DNA of 64,000 bases, from the NCBI GenBank assembly GCA_002292285.1, contig DBBP01000026.1:30209-94208 (forward strand), in the 5' to 3' direction. Every line of letters starts with the position of its first letter. Within the stretch, counting starts at the first letter, position 1. Below the pieces are notes generated by a model. It saw only the letters and a program-made list of their open reading frames with translations. It made no database searches and was not told where the DNA came from. This DNA is from Proteobacteria bacterium UBA981 (GTDB taxonomy: Bacteria; Pseudomonadota; Gammaproteobacteria; Ga0077536). A program made the translations under genes and the position numbers. This document shows positions 16,532 to 25,620 of the stretch, in pieces.

Positions 16532-17596
16532 ATGGACCTAACGCGAAACGAACAGATAATTGTTTCTGATCCCGCGACTAACGATGGATTCACGGGTTGG
16601 AATGAATTTGTGCTCGCACAACCCGTGGTAAACCCCTTTCATCTCGCACAATGGCACGAAATCCTGAATCACGTGTTTCAGGTGCAGCCCCTTTACAGGA
16701 TGGGATGCGACGCCACCGGCCGGATTTTGGGAATCGTCCCGGCCTATTTCGCCTCAGGACTTTTCGCGACGCCGCAGGTCGCGACGTTGGATGGCGGCAT
16801 CCTTAGTGCAGATCAGCGCGTCGCCGATTCGCTCCACGCAGAGCTTTCCCTTTCGGCCGGTAATCTAGGCGCACGCCACGTCATGCTAAAAGGCGGAGCA
16901 GCAGCAACAGGCGAAGCTGTCGGCGGTAGCGTATTCAGCAAACGGATCTATCCGGTCGTCGATCTGTCCGCCGGTGTCGATTTCGTTACCCAACGACTGA
17001 ATAAGAAGATGAGGTATCAAATAAAGAAAAGTCAGGCGCTCGGGCTCGAAGCCGTGCAGGCAGACCAGGTACCCCATAGTTTCTACGCTATCTTCGCCCG
17101 TACCCAGAGAGATCTCGGTACGCCGGTGGTTTCTCGAAAATTTTTCGATTCGATGAATGCCGTACTGTCTCCACTGTTGAACTTTACCGGTCTCATGCAT
17201 CACGGGCGCCTCGTCGCGGGTCTTGTTGGAGTGAGCCTCGGTGATACTTACTACAGTCTGTACGCCGCGACAGACCGAGAATACCAGCACAACTATGCGA
17301 ACTATCTCCTCTACCTCAGGGTTATGGAATGGGCCTGCGAAAGGCAGCTCGGTAAGTTTAATATGGGCAGAAGTTCCCCCGGGACCGGCGCCTACCGTTA
17401 TAAGACCAAATGGCGTCCTGTTGATATCGAAGCGCTGTACCGCTGCGATTTTGTGACTCGACGAAACAGGCCAAAGGATTCCGCGATTCTGGAACCGGCG
17501 TCAAACTCAATCGCAGTAAAAGTCTGGAAGCGAATGCCACTGACCGTTACGAACGTTCTGGGGCCGTCGCTGAGAAGCAGGCTTCCGTTTGGCTAA
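16532..17596 (+). CDS. FemAB-family / GNAT-fold (BioF2-like) acyl- or aminoacyl-transferase-like protein
   Basis: 354 aa. The C-terminal half resembles FemAB/Acetyltransf_6 family members (…YYSLYAATDREYQHNYANYLLYLRVMEWACERQLGKFNMGRSSPGTGAYRYKTKW…). Confidence 0.6.
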   Translation: MDLTRNEQIIVSDPATNDGFTGWNEFVLAQPVVNPFHLAQWHEILNHVFQVQPLYRMGCDATGRILGIVPAYFASGLFATPQVATLDGGILSADQRVADSLHAELSLSAGNLGARHVMLKGGAAATGEAVGGSVFSKRIYPVVDLSAGVDFVTQRLNKKMRYQIKKSQALGLEAVQADQVPHSFYAIFARTQRDLGTPVVSRKFFDSMNAVLSPLLNFTGLMHHGRLVAGLVGVSLGDTYYSLYAATDREYQHNYANYLLYLRVMEWACERQLGKFNMGRSSPGTGAYRYKTKWRPVDIEALYRCDFVTRRNRPKDSAILEPASNSIAVKVWKRMPLTVTNVLGPSLRSRLPFG

Positions 17597-17851
17597 GCGA
17601 CTAGAGTGTTGCTAGCAAGGTGAACGCTTGAGCTTAGAAGCGGTGCTCGGTACTTCGAGCGCTTGTACAGATTCGGCTCCAAGGCGGTCATATATTGGAT
17701 AATCAGCGCGGCCAGCTACAGTGAGAAAGGAAAGCTATCATTCAATCTTCAGGTCTTTAGCTTGAGCGTACTTCGGCTGTTACCGCCGACGGCCACGCCA
17801 ATCCCGGTTCGGGCGATAGCTGCTGCGATTGCTGCAGACCAGCGCAGTTTG

Positions 17852-18970
17852 ATGAAATTCAAGCGCGCGTTGACGAACAATTACAGGGTTGTTGATTGTC
17901 ACCTGGCCGCCAGCGCAAGGTTTGCTCTGTACATCCTTGTGCGTACGCTTCACGAGACGAGGACCGATAGTGAGCGCGAGCAAATCATTATTCCCGCCTA
18001 TACCTGTCCATCTGTGGTGGCCGCAATTGTCGCGGCCCGAATGCGACCAATATTTTGTGAGATCAATCCAAGTACGCTAGCTTTTGATGAGCGGTCGCTC
18101 AGTAGTCATTTGGGCAGGAAAACGCTTGCTGTTATATGCGTACACCAGTTCGGGATTCCACACAGGCTGGACACGATAGCGGAACAAATCCGAAACGCTG
18201 GTGCCTACCTGGTCGAAGATGCGGCGCAAGCTATGGGCAGTACTGTGCACGGCCAGGCTGCGGGTACTGTCGGAGATTTCGGGTTGTTCAGTTTCGGTCC
18301 CGGTAAGCCGCTGGCACTGGCAGGTGGAGGTGCTATTACAGTTAACTCAAACGTAGCACGGGACCAGATATCACAGGTTTGGGCGGGCATAACCGAGGGC
18401 ACGCGCATGCGGTCGCTGTTCTCGGCATTCCGCTACGCGGCCCTCGGATTAATTACTCAGCCACTAAGCTGGCGACTGGTACACGTCAACGGTCCGACCC
18501 AGGCGGCGGCATCTGCCGCTGACGACTTGGGTGAGCGCCTCGGTATGGTCCCTTCCCAAGCTGCGGCGGGGTCGTTGTTGCTCGCTGATTTGGATGGCTA
18601 TAACTCGGACAGGCGGCAGACTGCTTTGCGGCTCAAGGGAATCTTATCGGAGCATAAGTGGGTAACAATTCCAGAAACTCCGCAGTCTTCTCCTGACGAT
18701 GCCAAGCCCATGATTCCGATATACCTGCGTTTGCCGGTTATCGTCGCTGATGAGCAAAGAAAGCGGCAGTTGGTCGCAAAGCTATGGCGCGCGGGAATTC
18801 ATCCCGGGACCATGTACGGCAGGTCGCTTGACGATGTTTATCCGCGATATTCGACACACGAGAATCCTGCGGCGTGCCATGTCGCGAGTAATTTGATTAC
18901 GCTACCGACACACCATCATGTTGGGCATGAGGACGTTGAAAAGATTGAGCAGGTGTTTCGATCTGTATGA
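17852..18970 (+). CDS. DegT/DnrJ/EryC1/StrS-family PLP-dependent sugar aminotransferase
   Basis: Motifs IIIPAYTCPSVVAAI, VHQFGIPHRLDTIAEQ...YLVEDAAQAMGS, DFGLFSFGPGKPLALAGGGAI (PLP Lys). The maximal ORF starts at 17663, but the first 63 codons look non-coding. The Met at 17852 gives a typical about 372-aa DegT. Confidence 0.8.
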   Translation: MKFKRALTNNYRVVDCHLAASARFALYILVRTLHETRTDSEREQIIIPAYTCPSVVAAIVAARMRPIFCEINPSTLAFDERSLSSHLGRKTLAVICVHQFGIPHRLDTIAEQIRNAGAYLVEDAAQAMGSTVHGQAAGTVGDFGLFSFGPGKPLALAGGGAITVNSNVARDQISQVWAGITEGTRMRSLFSAFRYAALGLITQPLSWRLVHVNGPTQAAASAADDLGERLGMVPSQAAAGSLLLADLDGYNSDRRQTALRLKGILSEHKWVTIPETPQSSPDDAKPMIPIYLRLPVIVADEQRKRQLVAKLWRAGIHPGTMYGRSLDDVYPRYSTHENPAACHVASNLITLPTHHHVGHEDVEKIEQVFRSV

Positions 18971-19045
18971 CGGTGCGGATCCGCGGCCCCGGATCCTGAT
19001 TGCCTATTTGCACCGCTTTTCGCGAATGAGAGTTTAACTTGTCAG

Positions 19046-20137
19046 TTATTCGCGGACGGGTTTCGAGCTGAACTGACGGATTAACAGAAGGGCCACAACG
19101 GCACAGGCGAACTTAAATAACGTGCCAATCAAAAAGATCAGGTGCGTATGCACCGCCAGAACGCCGGCGTCCGCTTCGCTGTATCCCAGCAAGATAAGGG
19201 CGTATAGCCAACCGACTTCGTGTGTGCCGATATTCGCGACAGCACGTATGGGTAGCACGCTGATTGGCAACTGTAACGCGAACACAACAGCACACAGCGC
19301 GAAACTCACGGTTTGATCGAGCGCCTTTATGACGAAAAAAAAGCCAGCCACAAGGACAGCAATACTGAGTAGCGACAAAAACGTGGCGTTGTAGTAAGTG
19401 CGTGGCTTAACAATGCTGACTGCGGTACGTAAAAATTGGTTGGCAAAAGCACGCAAAGCGTCGAAGTATCGGGAGACGCCCGGCAACGACGCACGGGAGG
19501 AATCTTCTGCAGAGGCTGTCTCCTGATGGCCATTGATTCGTTGCCTTACCAACCCGTTCAGGGCCGAACTGTAATGTAACCCCAGCGGCACGAAGAGTAC
19601 GACGAGACAAACTACGATCCCGGCGATTGATAGTGAGTGCGGGAGGACCGCAACAAAGAACGAGCCGGCAACAAGAAAGCAAATGGTATAGATGCTCAGT
19701 TCTATGAAGCGATAAACGAAAAGTGCAGACGTCGCGGCCCCCATTTCGATACCGTTCCATCTCTTTAACAGCCATATCAATACGGGTTCGCCAACCCAAC
19801 CGGGCAACAGATCCCTGACCGTGGCCTGCGTGAACAGCGTGCCGAGTACTCGATGTGGCGCATCTAAAGACAACATCAAGTGCAGGCGAATGGCGCGGAT
19901 GGCGGTAAAAACGATAATCGTAAGCAGATAGCCTGTTAAATAAGTCCAGTCGAGCGTGAATTCTGCAAGTTGTTCCAGGGACAAATCGGTTTCCCGAATG
20001 AACAACGCCAAAAGACCGAAACCAAATAACGACCCGGCCAGCAAATGCCGCAGCGTTTTTGAACGTACTCCTGGCTCGTTAGCGTTTGCCAGCTTGGCTT
20101 GGGAGCCTTCGTATTTTTTGGAGATTGGCAATTTCAC
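19046..20137 (-). CDS. Flippase-like membrane protein (lysylphosphatidylglycerol-synthase TM-region / UPF0104 family)
   Basis: Multi-TM protein (GSLFGFGLLALF..., IAGIVVCLVVLFVPLGL..., FALCAVVFALQLPISVLPIRAVANIGTHEVGWLYALILLGY). The maximal ORF reaches 20293 but would overlap the upstream gene by 111 nt. An in-frame GTG at 20137 is a plausible start, but the start is uncertain. Confidence 0.6.
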   Translation of the reverse strand: MKLPISKKYEGSQAKLANANEPGVRSKTLRHLLAGSLFGFGLLALFIRETDLSLEQLAEFTLDWTYLTGYLLTIIVFTAIRAIRLHLMLSLDAPHRVLGTLFTQATVRDLLPGWVGEPVLIWLLKRWNGIEMGAATSALFVYRFIELSIYTICFLVAGSFFVAVLPHSLSIAGIVVCLVVLFVPLGLHYSSALNGLVRQRINGHQETASAEDSSRASLPGVSRYFDALRAFANQFLRTAVSIVKPRTYYNATFLSLLSIAVLVAGFFFVIKALDQTVSFALCAVVFALQLPISVLPIRAVANIGTHEVGWLYALILLGYSEADAGVLAVHTHLIFLIGTLFKFACAVVALLLIRQFSSKPVRE

Positions 20138-20181
20138 GTTTTTACTGTCGCCCCGGGCAGGACCCAGGCTACGTTTACGGC

Positions 20182-21525
20182 CTAGGTAACCAAGCCTTGA
20201 GAAAGTCGCTCGGCAGCGTCGCGGCCCTGGCGGATCGCGGTGTGTGTGCCTCGATAATCCGGATAAACTTGCGCCTGCGTTGCGATTAGGCAATTCGCCA
20301 TCGGCAATTCGGGTGGCGGAACGCTCTCACCATATTTTTTCAATATCGCGGGCTGCGCGTCGGCCGCTCGCCACGTGTGCGCATCGATGACCCAGTCGGC
20401 GTCAAAATCGGCGAACATTTTTTCCAGGTGAGCGAGTCCATACGCGATGTAGGCGTCGTCGTCCATGTCGTAGGCTTCCATTCCGGGCGCTGTACTTTGT
20501 GACAGATAAATGATGTGTTCGCCGTTGTATTCTGATGGTGGTCGGAATTGCGTGTGCTCAATGACACCGACAAAAGGAAAGGCCAGATCCCGGTTTGACA
20601 GCCAGTAACAATTAGACAGCGAACGCTTTGACCGAATAATGATTCCGCGCGAATCAAGATAGGCAATCGCGTTGAACGCATCCAGGTTCTGCTGCGGGAG
20701 CGTGTGGGCTAACAGACGTGCTGCCTCAGGTAGCGGAGTCGTAATAATCATGCCATCAAAGGCATGGGCGCTACCGTCGACTTGCAATGTTATCGAAGTA
20801 TTGGCTGACGGGTCTGCTCTGACCAGCTCTGCGCGGGTCTGTTTTCTAATAACGCCGTTTTGAGCAAGAATGTGCGCCTCAATATCATCGAACAATGCAG
20901 AAAACCCACCCTCGTAGTAGGACGATGTCGAGCCCTTCTCACTACGTCCCTTGCGGGCCTTATTACTTTGCAATTTCTGCCACACCCACACCACAGAAAT
21001 CTCGTCTGCGTAGTTTCCGAACCTTGAAACCAATAACTGCTTCCAAAATTTTTCGTAAACATTGTGGTTTCCGTATTTCGTGAACCAGTCCTTGACCGAA
21101 TAGTCGTCTATCGTACGCCAATCGGTTACCGCGCCGAGCTTCCAGATGCCGAAAGCCATGCGCGCCGATTCGGTGAGCGATAAATCTGTATAGCGGAAAT
21201 GATCTAAAGGGTTACGTGTTCGCCAAACGGAATCACGAAAGTAGAATCCATGCTCCATGGAAATGCTGAACTCTTTGGCTTTCAGTCCGAGTACGTCAAG
21301 CAGCCATTCGAAGTTCTCGTCGCCGGCATACCATTGATGGTAGAACTTTTCGAGCCTGTAAGCGCCAGTATCGAAACTTGATGCAAGGCCACCGAGCTCT
21401 GGCTGACTCTCAAAAATCGTGACGCCAATTCCTTTCTCCAATAGCGAAAGGGCTGCGGCGGCACCGCAGAATCCGCCGCCGATGATAGCCACCTGCGGAG
21501 TGGAGTTACTTCGAGGTGCTGTCAT
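20182..21525 (-). CDS. FAD/NAD(P)-binding oxidoreductase (amine-oxidase / protoporphyrinogen-oxidase / UDP-galactopyranose-mutase-like fold)
   Basis: N-terminal dinucleotide-binding motif VAIIGGGFCGAAAALSL...VTIFES...LGG. 447 aa. Confidence 0.7.
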   Translation of the reverse strand: MTAPRSNSTPQVAIIGGGFCGAAAALSLLEKGIGVTIFESQPELGGLASSFDTGAYRLEKFYHQWYAGDENFEWLLDVLGLKAKEFSISMEHGFYFRDSVWRTRNPLDHFRYTDLSLTESARMAFGIWKLGAVTDWRTIDDYSVKDWFTKYGNHNVYEKFWKQLLVSRFGNYADEISVVWVWQKLQSNKARKGRSEKGSTSSYYEGGFSALFDDIEAHILAQNGVIRKQTRAELVRADPSANTSITLQVDGSAHAFDGMIITTPLPEAARLLAHTLPQQNLDAFNAIAYLDSRGIIIRSKRSLSNCYWLSNRDLAFPFVGVIEHTQFRPPSEYNGEHIIYLSQSTAPGMEAYDMDDDAYIAYGLAHLEKMFADFDADWVIDAHTWRAADAQPAILKKYGESVPPPELPMANCLIATQAQVYPDYRGTHTAIRQGRDAAERLSQGLVT

Positions 21526-21648
21526 GCTGTTTTAACTTAAGCGTTTCGGAAAGCATTGTGTCGCCCGGGAACGTTTGCCGCGCGGAAGCGAACATCGGTG
21601 GTCCGTCCGATGTGCGTTTAGCTCGGCGCTCAGAGGTCGGTAAGCCAC

Positions 21649-22449
21649 TCAGTATTCGAAACCGTAATGCCTGGCTTCGGCGGCGCAAATTTTCATGATG
21701 CTGTTTGAATCAAGAACTGGGCCAGCCGCTCTATGTTGGTCAAGCGTAGGGTTCTCGCGTCGTACGTTAATTGAAGTTTCTGAGATACGCTCGGGGTCGA
21801 GTCCGAGATGTTCGACCATATGCCTGGCCAGTTCGACTTTGACGCCTCGCTCGAAAAACAAATCTTCATAGCGGATTGTAAGGCTGGGTTCGGACGAAGA
21901 TGCTATAAACTCGCGAATTCGTGCATTGCGGTATACCCAACGCCACGCAAATCGCTCTGCTTCAGACCACCGACGCCAATCTGGATTCCCGAATTTTGGA
22001 CGGTCACGTGCAAATGGAAGGATTGGGACAAGTGACCGACGCCAGCTATAGCTGCCAAAGCCTATTGACGAGCGTACCCACGCCACCGGGTGCCGAATGA
22101 GATGAATAAGTGCAGTCGGTTTCACGACCGACAGGCGGCTGCCCATGTCAACAATAAAAGGATTGATTTCAACCAACAGGTCTTGATTGCTGCTATTCTG
22201 CAACCAGCTTTCGCGGGAGCTTTTAAACCAGTTTGTCGCAAGTTGAAGCCCCGGACGAGACACGCTGGGCGGGCATTGAGTGGCTATGTTGTTGAGTATC
22301 CTCAAAATACGTGAGGGCTCGCGCTCTTGGGCTACAACTATTTCAGGATAGAGCTGTTCCAGCAGTTTGGTTATGAACGTCGAGCCGGTTCGCCCGGCGG
22401 TCAGGACGTGTGCGTATCGTGAACCGGAATATCTGGCAATTTCTGACAT
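21649..22449 (-). CDS. PAPS-dependent sulfotransferase-like protein
   Basis: 266 aa. 5'-PSB-like P-loop LTAGRTGSTFITKLL near the N-terminus and a 3'-PB-like LIRHPVAWVRSS segment. Confidence 0.65.
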   Translation of the reverse strand: MSEIARYSGSRYAHVLTAGRTGSTFITKLLEQLYPEIVVAQEREPSRILRILNNIATQCPPSVSRPGLQLATNWFKSSRESWLQNSSNQDLLVEINPFIVDMGSRLSVVKPTALIHLIRHPVAWVRSSIGFGSYSWRRSLVPILPFARDRPKFGNPDWRRWSEAERFAWRWVYRNARIREFIASSSEPSLTIRYEDLFFERGVKVELARHMVEHLGLDPERISETSINVRRENPTLDQHRAAGPVLDSNSIMKICAAEARHYGFEY

Positions 22450-22727
22450 CTTTGCTGAGTTGCACTACTTCGATATGGCGTTTCGGGGGGCGCGGGAGAC
22501 ATATGTCTCTTGCAGTTTGTCAGCAGCATTTTACATGGCTTCCAATATTAAAGTGTGCGAGGAGCGACCCGATTTCTGCGATTCGAAACGCGGAGAGCGG
22601 GAACTGGAGCAGATTAGAATCGGGATGCAGATGCCTGGGACGTTGCTCGATGAGACTGATGCGGCGCGGTTTAGCGGCCAGCAGTTATCTCCAAAACGAT
22701 AATCAGCTTGGATAATTACGGCGGTCA

Positions 22728-23549
22728 ATGGCTCAATACTCTCTCAACCAATACGTAGATTTGTTACGCGCGCCTGAAGGCGACAACGGTCCATTGATTC
22801 TAGACCGCGACACCCTGCGGACCGAAGATGGAACAACAAGTTTCCCGGTCGTCGACGGCATCCCACAAATGCTGGGCGCGGAATTTGATCGCGAGGTGGC
22901 GGCGCTCTATGAGGGAAATGCCGCAAAGGGCGGATTCGAGCACTCGACCGTTGGGTATAAGTTCCCGAGTCATTACACACGAATGATCAAGGCGTTCTCC
23001 GTCTTATGCGCACGCTTCGACGAGAACTCAATCGTCGCAGATATTGGTTGTGGACATGGTCAGATGACCAGCGCTATGGCTAAGAAGTTACCGGTGTTCG
23101 GCGTGGATCTATCGAACAATATGTTGCATGAGGCCAAGGTAAACGGTTTGATCCCGTTGCGCGGAGATGCCTCCGCGCTGCCGTTTCGCGACGGCGTGCT
23201 TGACGGTGTCGTTTCGGCTGAAGTTGTGCAGCATTTGCCGGACCTGTACGAGATTTTTGCAGAGATGGCTCGCGTGACCCGTCCTGGCGCAACCATACTG
23301 TTGTCGACATTGAATCGGAAATCGATCGTCAGACGCACAAATCGGAAGCTTCGCGGGTTGGACCTGATCGGACCGGCTCGCCTTCGCGCTATCGAAGACT
23401 TTACCGCTGTGCTGGAGGGCTTCCCGCTTCGTATCGAAGCCGTCTGCTGGGTCATGTCGCCGCTTCCTTTCAACCCGGTTGTGGAAAATGTCAACTTTCC
23501 GCTGAGTGCGCTCGCGCAGAACTATGTATTGTCGATCCGGCGCGCTTAA
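22728..23549 (+). CDS. Class I SAM-dependent methyltransferase with N-terminal Trm112-like (FPVVDGIPQML) segment
   Basis: Motif I VADIGCGHGQMT, post-I acidic residue (VFGVDLS), motif LPFRDGVLDGVVSAEVVQHLPD. The N-terminal about 50 aa resemble the Trm112/YcaR-type motif. Confidence 0.8.
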   Translation: MAQYSLNQYVDLLRAPEGDNGPLILDRDTLRTEDGTTSFPVVDGIPQMLGAEFDREVAALYEGNAAKGGFEHSTVGYKFPSHYTRMIKAFSVLCARFDENSIVADIGCGHGQMTSAMAKKLPVFGVDLSNNMLHEAKVNGLIPLRGDASALPFRDGVLDGVVSAEVVQHLPDLYEIFAEMARVTRPGATILLSTLNRKSIVRRTNRKLRGLDLIGPARLRAIEDFTAVLEGFPLRIEAVCWVMSPLPFNPVVENVNFPLSALAQNYVLSIRRA

Positions 23550-23628
23550 TCGGAACTTTCTGCAGCTGAGTCACTCCGTCCACACGCCGTCAGTTGACTA
23601 ATGGGACGGGGAATCTTGCATTGCAACT

Positions 23629-25515
23629 ATGAATAGCGACGCCGAATTCAGCGTTCCGTATCCGCCCACCAGTCGCTCATACTGGATTGGCGGTGTGTTT
23701 ATATTCTTGGTTTCGGTCGTGGTGTACGCGCCCGGAAATTTTTTCGTTTCCTGGGACCTTTCAACATACCTGGCGTGCGCCCGCAATCTCCTCGACGGCG
23801 CCGGTTTCGTCGATCCTGTTGGACAAGCGGTCGAGAGTCGACTGGGGTTCATAGTGATCCTCGCCGGCGCACTGATCGCTGGCGGGGAATCCCTCGCTAC
23901 GATCGCAGCTGTCGAGACTCTCGGCAGTGCGCTTTTTGTCACGGCCATGTTTCTGCTCGCCTATCGTCTGTTTGGGCCGTTAATCGCTTTTGTGGCCAGC
24001 GGCCTGTTTTTACTATCCCCGGATTGGAATTTTTGGTTACCCCGGCATCTGGACCCGTTCTGGCCCGGGTTCGTACTTTGCAGTCTCGTGGCTTTGCTGA
24101 ACACCAAAGGACGCTTCGAGTGGATGGTTGGAATAGTCGCGGCCTGCTGGCTCGTGTTGGCTTATTCAATCAAGGAAACCGCGATACTTTTTCTACTCGG
24201 GTATGGCGTGCTGCTGTATCTCGGTGCGCTCCCTGGGACAAAAATTCGAACTTGGTGGTTTGTCGGTTCGGTTGTGTTTGCTGCGAGTGTCTTCATTGGC
24301 CTGCGCATATTCGCCGAGGCGGCACCTGTTAACCCGTACGCGGGCGGCCGTCTGAATGTGATTGCAGAACTCTTCAACGACCGGAGCCTCGTTGGCGGCA
24401 TTCTGGCCAGTGCGCAGTGGGCAGCAGTGGGCATCGTGCGCGCGATGTTCGGTTTTTTTGGTGACAGCCGTCTGTTGACAGTGATGCCTTTGTTGCCTGT
24501 GTTCGCCGTCGGATTTGTCATGCACTGCGTGCTGGCACTCAGGGGCCGACCCAGCGACCAGATCATCGTAGTGATGTTCATCGCCTATTTGCCGTTCATG
24601 GCGTTGATCGGCCAGATGAATTTTCGACCGTCCCAGAATCTCTTCTCTGTCGCGCTGATGTATATCTCTATTGCTGCGCTGATCGTTCGTGCAGGGGGCT
24701 TGCTGACTTCCCGACGCTGGTGCCAAGTCTTGAGTGTGGCCATCCTCGCGCTGTTATGCGCGGCATGGCAGGTGGACAACGGCGTTCTAACGATTTCCAA
24801 AAGCTCAGCGCGTAATTATTTTTGGCGAGCATGTTGTGCCCGGCCGGGCACACAGGCATTTGCGCCGCGACTTCGCGGTACGGCGGTCGCAGCTTGGGTG
24901 AACGACAATATTCCACCTGGTGAAACCATCGTAATCGGTGACGCGCCGACGCAGCATGGCATTAATTTCCTGAACGGTCAGCGCAATAAAATCGCTTTCC
25001 CGCCGATTTTCAATCTGACTTTTTCCGGGGCCTGGGCGGATTCTCCACTTGCGCCGCCGGGCTCTGCAAACTACGTCGTCGCGGCAGTCTGGCCCGGGAA
25101 AATATTTCCGCGGCCAGTATTTTTGCTTGAACCGGATTGGTTCATCGAACGCATGGCAGAGTTACAGGCCACCACGATCATATTGTCCAGCGTTGGCATC
25201 GACCCGGCGATCGCACATTGGTTACGTGAAGGTGCTGGGCTCACGCCATTGGCGACAATTGCCAGGCGCAAACGCCATTACGACGTGTACGACATCTCGC
25301 CCTTGCTATCGCGCGAATTTTCGAGATCTCGACAATTGATAGTCAATGACGATTTTTTGCAATACCTGCGGAGAGTCAAAGAAGAGCACCCGGAACATTG
25401 GCAGTGGTATTTGGACGAGCTGTTTGACGACAGATTGAATCTTGACGCCAAAGTTGCGGAGCAGGTGGCGGCGGGTGAATTACCGCCCGAGTTCGCCGTA
25501 CTACCTCGCGAGTAG
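23629..25515 (+). CDS. GT-C fold membrane glycosyltransferase (ArnT/PMT-like, GT39/GT83-type; polyprenyl-phosphate-sugar dependent)
   Basis: 628 aa. Ten or more N-terminal TM helices with an ArnT/PMT_2-like pattern (SWDLSTYLACARNLLDGAGF; ...LLSPDWNFWLPRH...), and a C-terminal soluble domain of about 230 aa. Confidence 0.6.
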   Translation: MNSDAEFSVPYPPTSRSYWIGGVFIFLVSVVVYAPGNFFVSWDLSTYLACARNLLDGAGFVDPVGQAVESRLGFIVILAGALIAGGESLATIAAVETLGSALFVTAMFLLAYRLFGPLIAFVASGLFLLSPDWNFWLPRHLDPFWPGFVLCSLVALLNTKGRFEWMVGIVAACWLVLAYSIKETAILFLLGYGVLLYLGALPGTKIRTWWFVGSVVFAASVFIGLRIFAEAAPVNPYAGGRLNVIAELFNDRSLVGGILASAQWAAVGIVRAMFGFFGDSRLLTVMPLLPVFAVGFVMHCVLALRGRPSDQIIVVMFIAYLPFMALIGQMNFRPSQNLFSVALMYISIAALIVRAGGLLTSRRWCQVLSVAILALLCAAWQVDNGVLTISKSSARNYFWRACCARPGTQAFAPRLRGTAVAAWVNDNIPPGETIVIGDAPTQHGINFLNGQRNKIAFPPIFNLTFSGAWADSPLAPPGSANYVVAAVWPGKIFPRPVFLLEPDWFIERMAELQATTIILSSVGIDPAIAHWLREGAGLTPLATIARRKRHYDVYDISPLLSREFSRSRQLIVNDDFLQYLRRVKEEHPEHWQWYLDELFDDRLNLDAKVAEQVAAGELPPEFAVLPRE

Positions 25516-25620
25516 GGGCCACCATCGTTTGTGTCATCTGCGCTTTTGAACGTCCGTATTTACCGGCGGCGTTCGATGTTCGAACTCGCTTTGGATCGCT
25601 AATCGCGATGCTTATGCCGC

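Noticed and set aside
16914-16925. GGCGGTAGCGTA, an 11/12 match to the RfaH ops element consensus (GGCGGTAGCGTG)
   Set aside because: It lies about 380 nt inside the FemAB-like coding sequence rather than in a 5' leader. A 12-mer near-match is expected by chance about once in 128 kb of two-strand sequence. A second, weaker GGCGGTAG occurrence at about 43912 is inside the phoX CDS.
19046-20293. Full 415-aa ORF as the gene model for the flippase-like protein
   Set aside because: The first about 50 codons are non-protein-like and would overlap the upstream FAD-oxidoreductase gene by 111 nt. The model is trimmed to the in-frame GTG at 20137, though the exact start remains uncertain.
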